Below, piece by piece: positions 61,131 through 61,165 of a stretch of DNA of 61,165 nucleotides. The notes beneath the pieces are model-generated. The model had not been told where the DNA came from. It did no database searches and was given only the letters and a program-made list of their open reading frames with translations. The translations under genes and the position numbers were made by a program. Source of the DNA: Octopus bimaculoides (taxonomy: Eukaryota); contig NC_068986.1 in the NCBI RefSeq assembly GCF_001194135.2, positions 55,848,319 to 55,909,483 of the forward strand. Reading direction: 5' to 3'. Each line of letters opens with the position of its first letter. Position 1 is the first letter of the stretch.

Positions 61131-61165
<35 letters not shown>

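Overview
AT-rich eukaryotic genomic DNA with six N gaps and many microsatellites. The repeat families and gene architecture look like a coleoid cephalopod, probably Octopus (inference, not a database match). The only host gene I can support is a minus-strand, multi-domain C-type lectin receptor of the mannose-receptor type. I reconstructed 13 exons by hand (57973 down to 5127, 1555 coding nt, about 518 codons). All introns are GT-AG and all 12 junction phases are compatible. They encode the tail of one C-type lectin domain (CTLD), three complete CTLDs, a Thr/Ser/Pro-rich linker and the start of a fifth CTLD. Neither end of the gene is securely inside the window. The introns are filled with decayed mobile DNA: R4/Dong-type RLE retrotransposons, RTE LINEs, a Penelope-like element, mariner, pogo-like and hAT remnants, TA and TTAA MITEs, and several tRNA-derived SINE families. 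I see no rRNA, true tRNA gene or CRISPR array, and most ORFs in the supplied track are noise from microsatellites, gaps or repeats. No complete new system can be proven from sequence alone. The best leads are: (1) a head-to-head pair of tRNA-headed SINEs whose tail carries a degenerate minimal hammerhead ribozyme; (2) non-canonical sugar-binding motifs in all three complete CTLDs; (3) near-identical inverted RTE tails bracketing a frame-symmetric exon; (4) a 27-nt linker microexon; (5) an intron with three long foldbacks. Coordinates for decayed repeats are approximate; exon coordinates were counted base by base.
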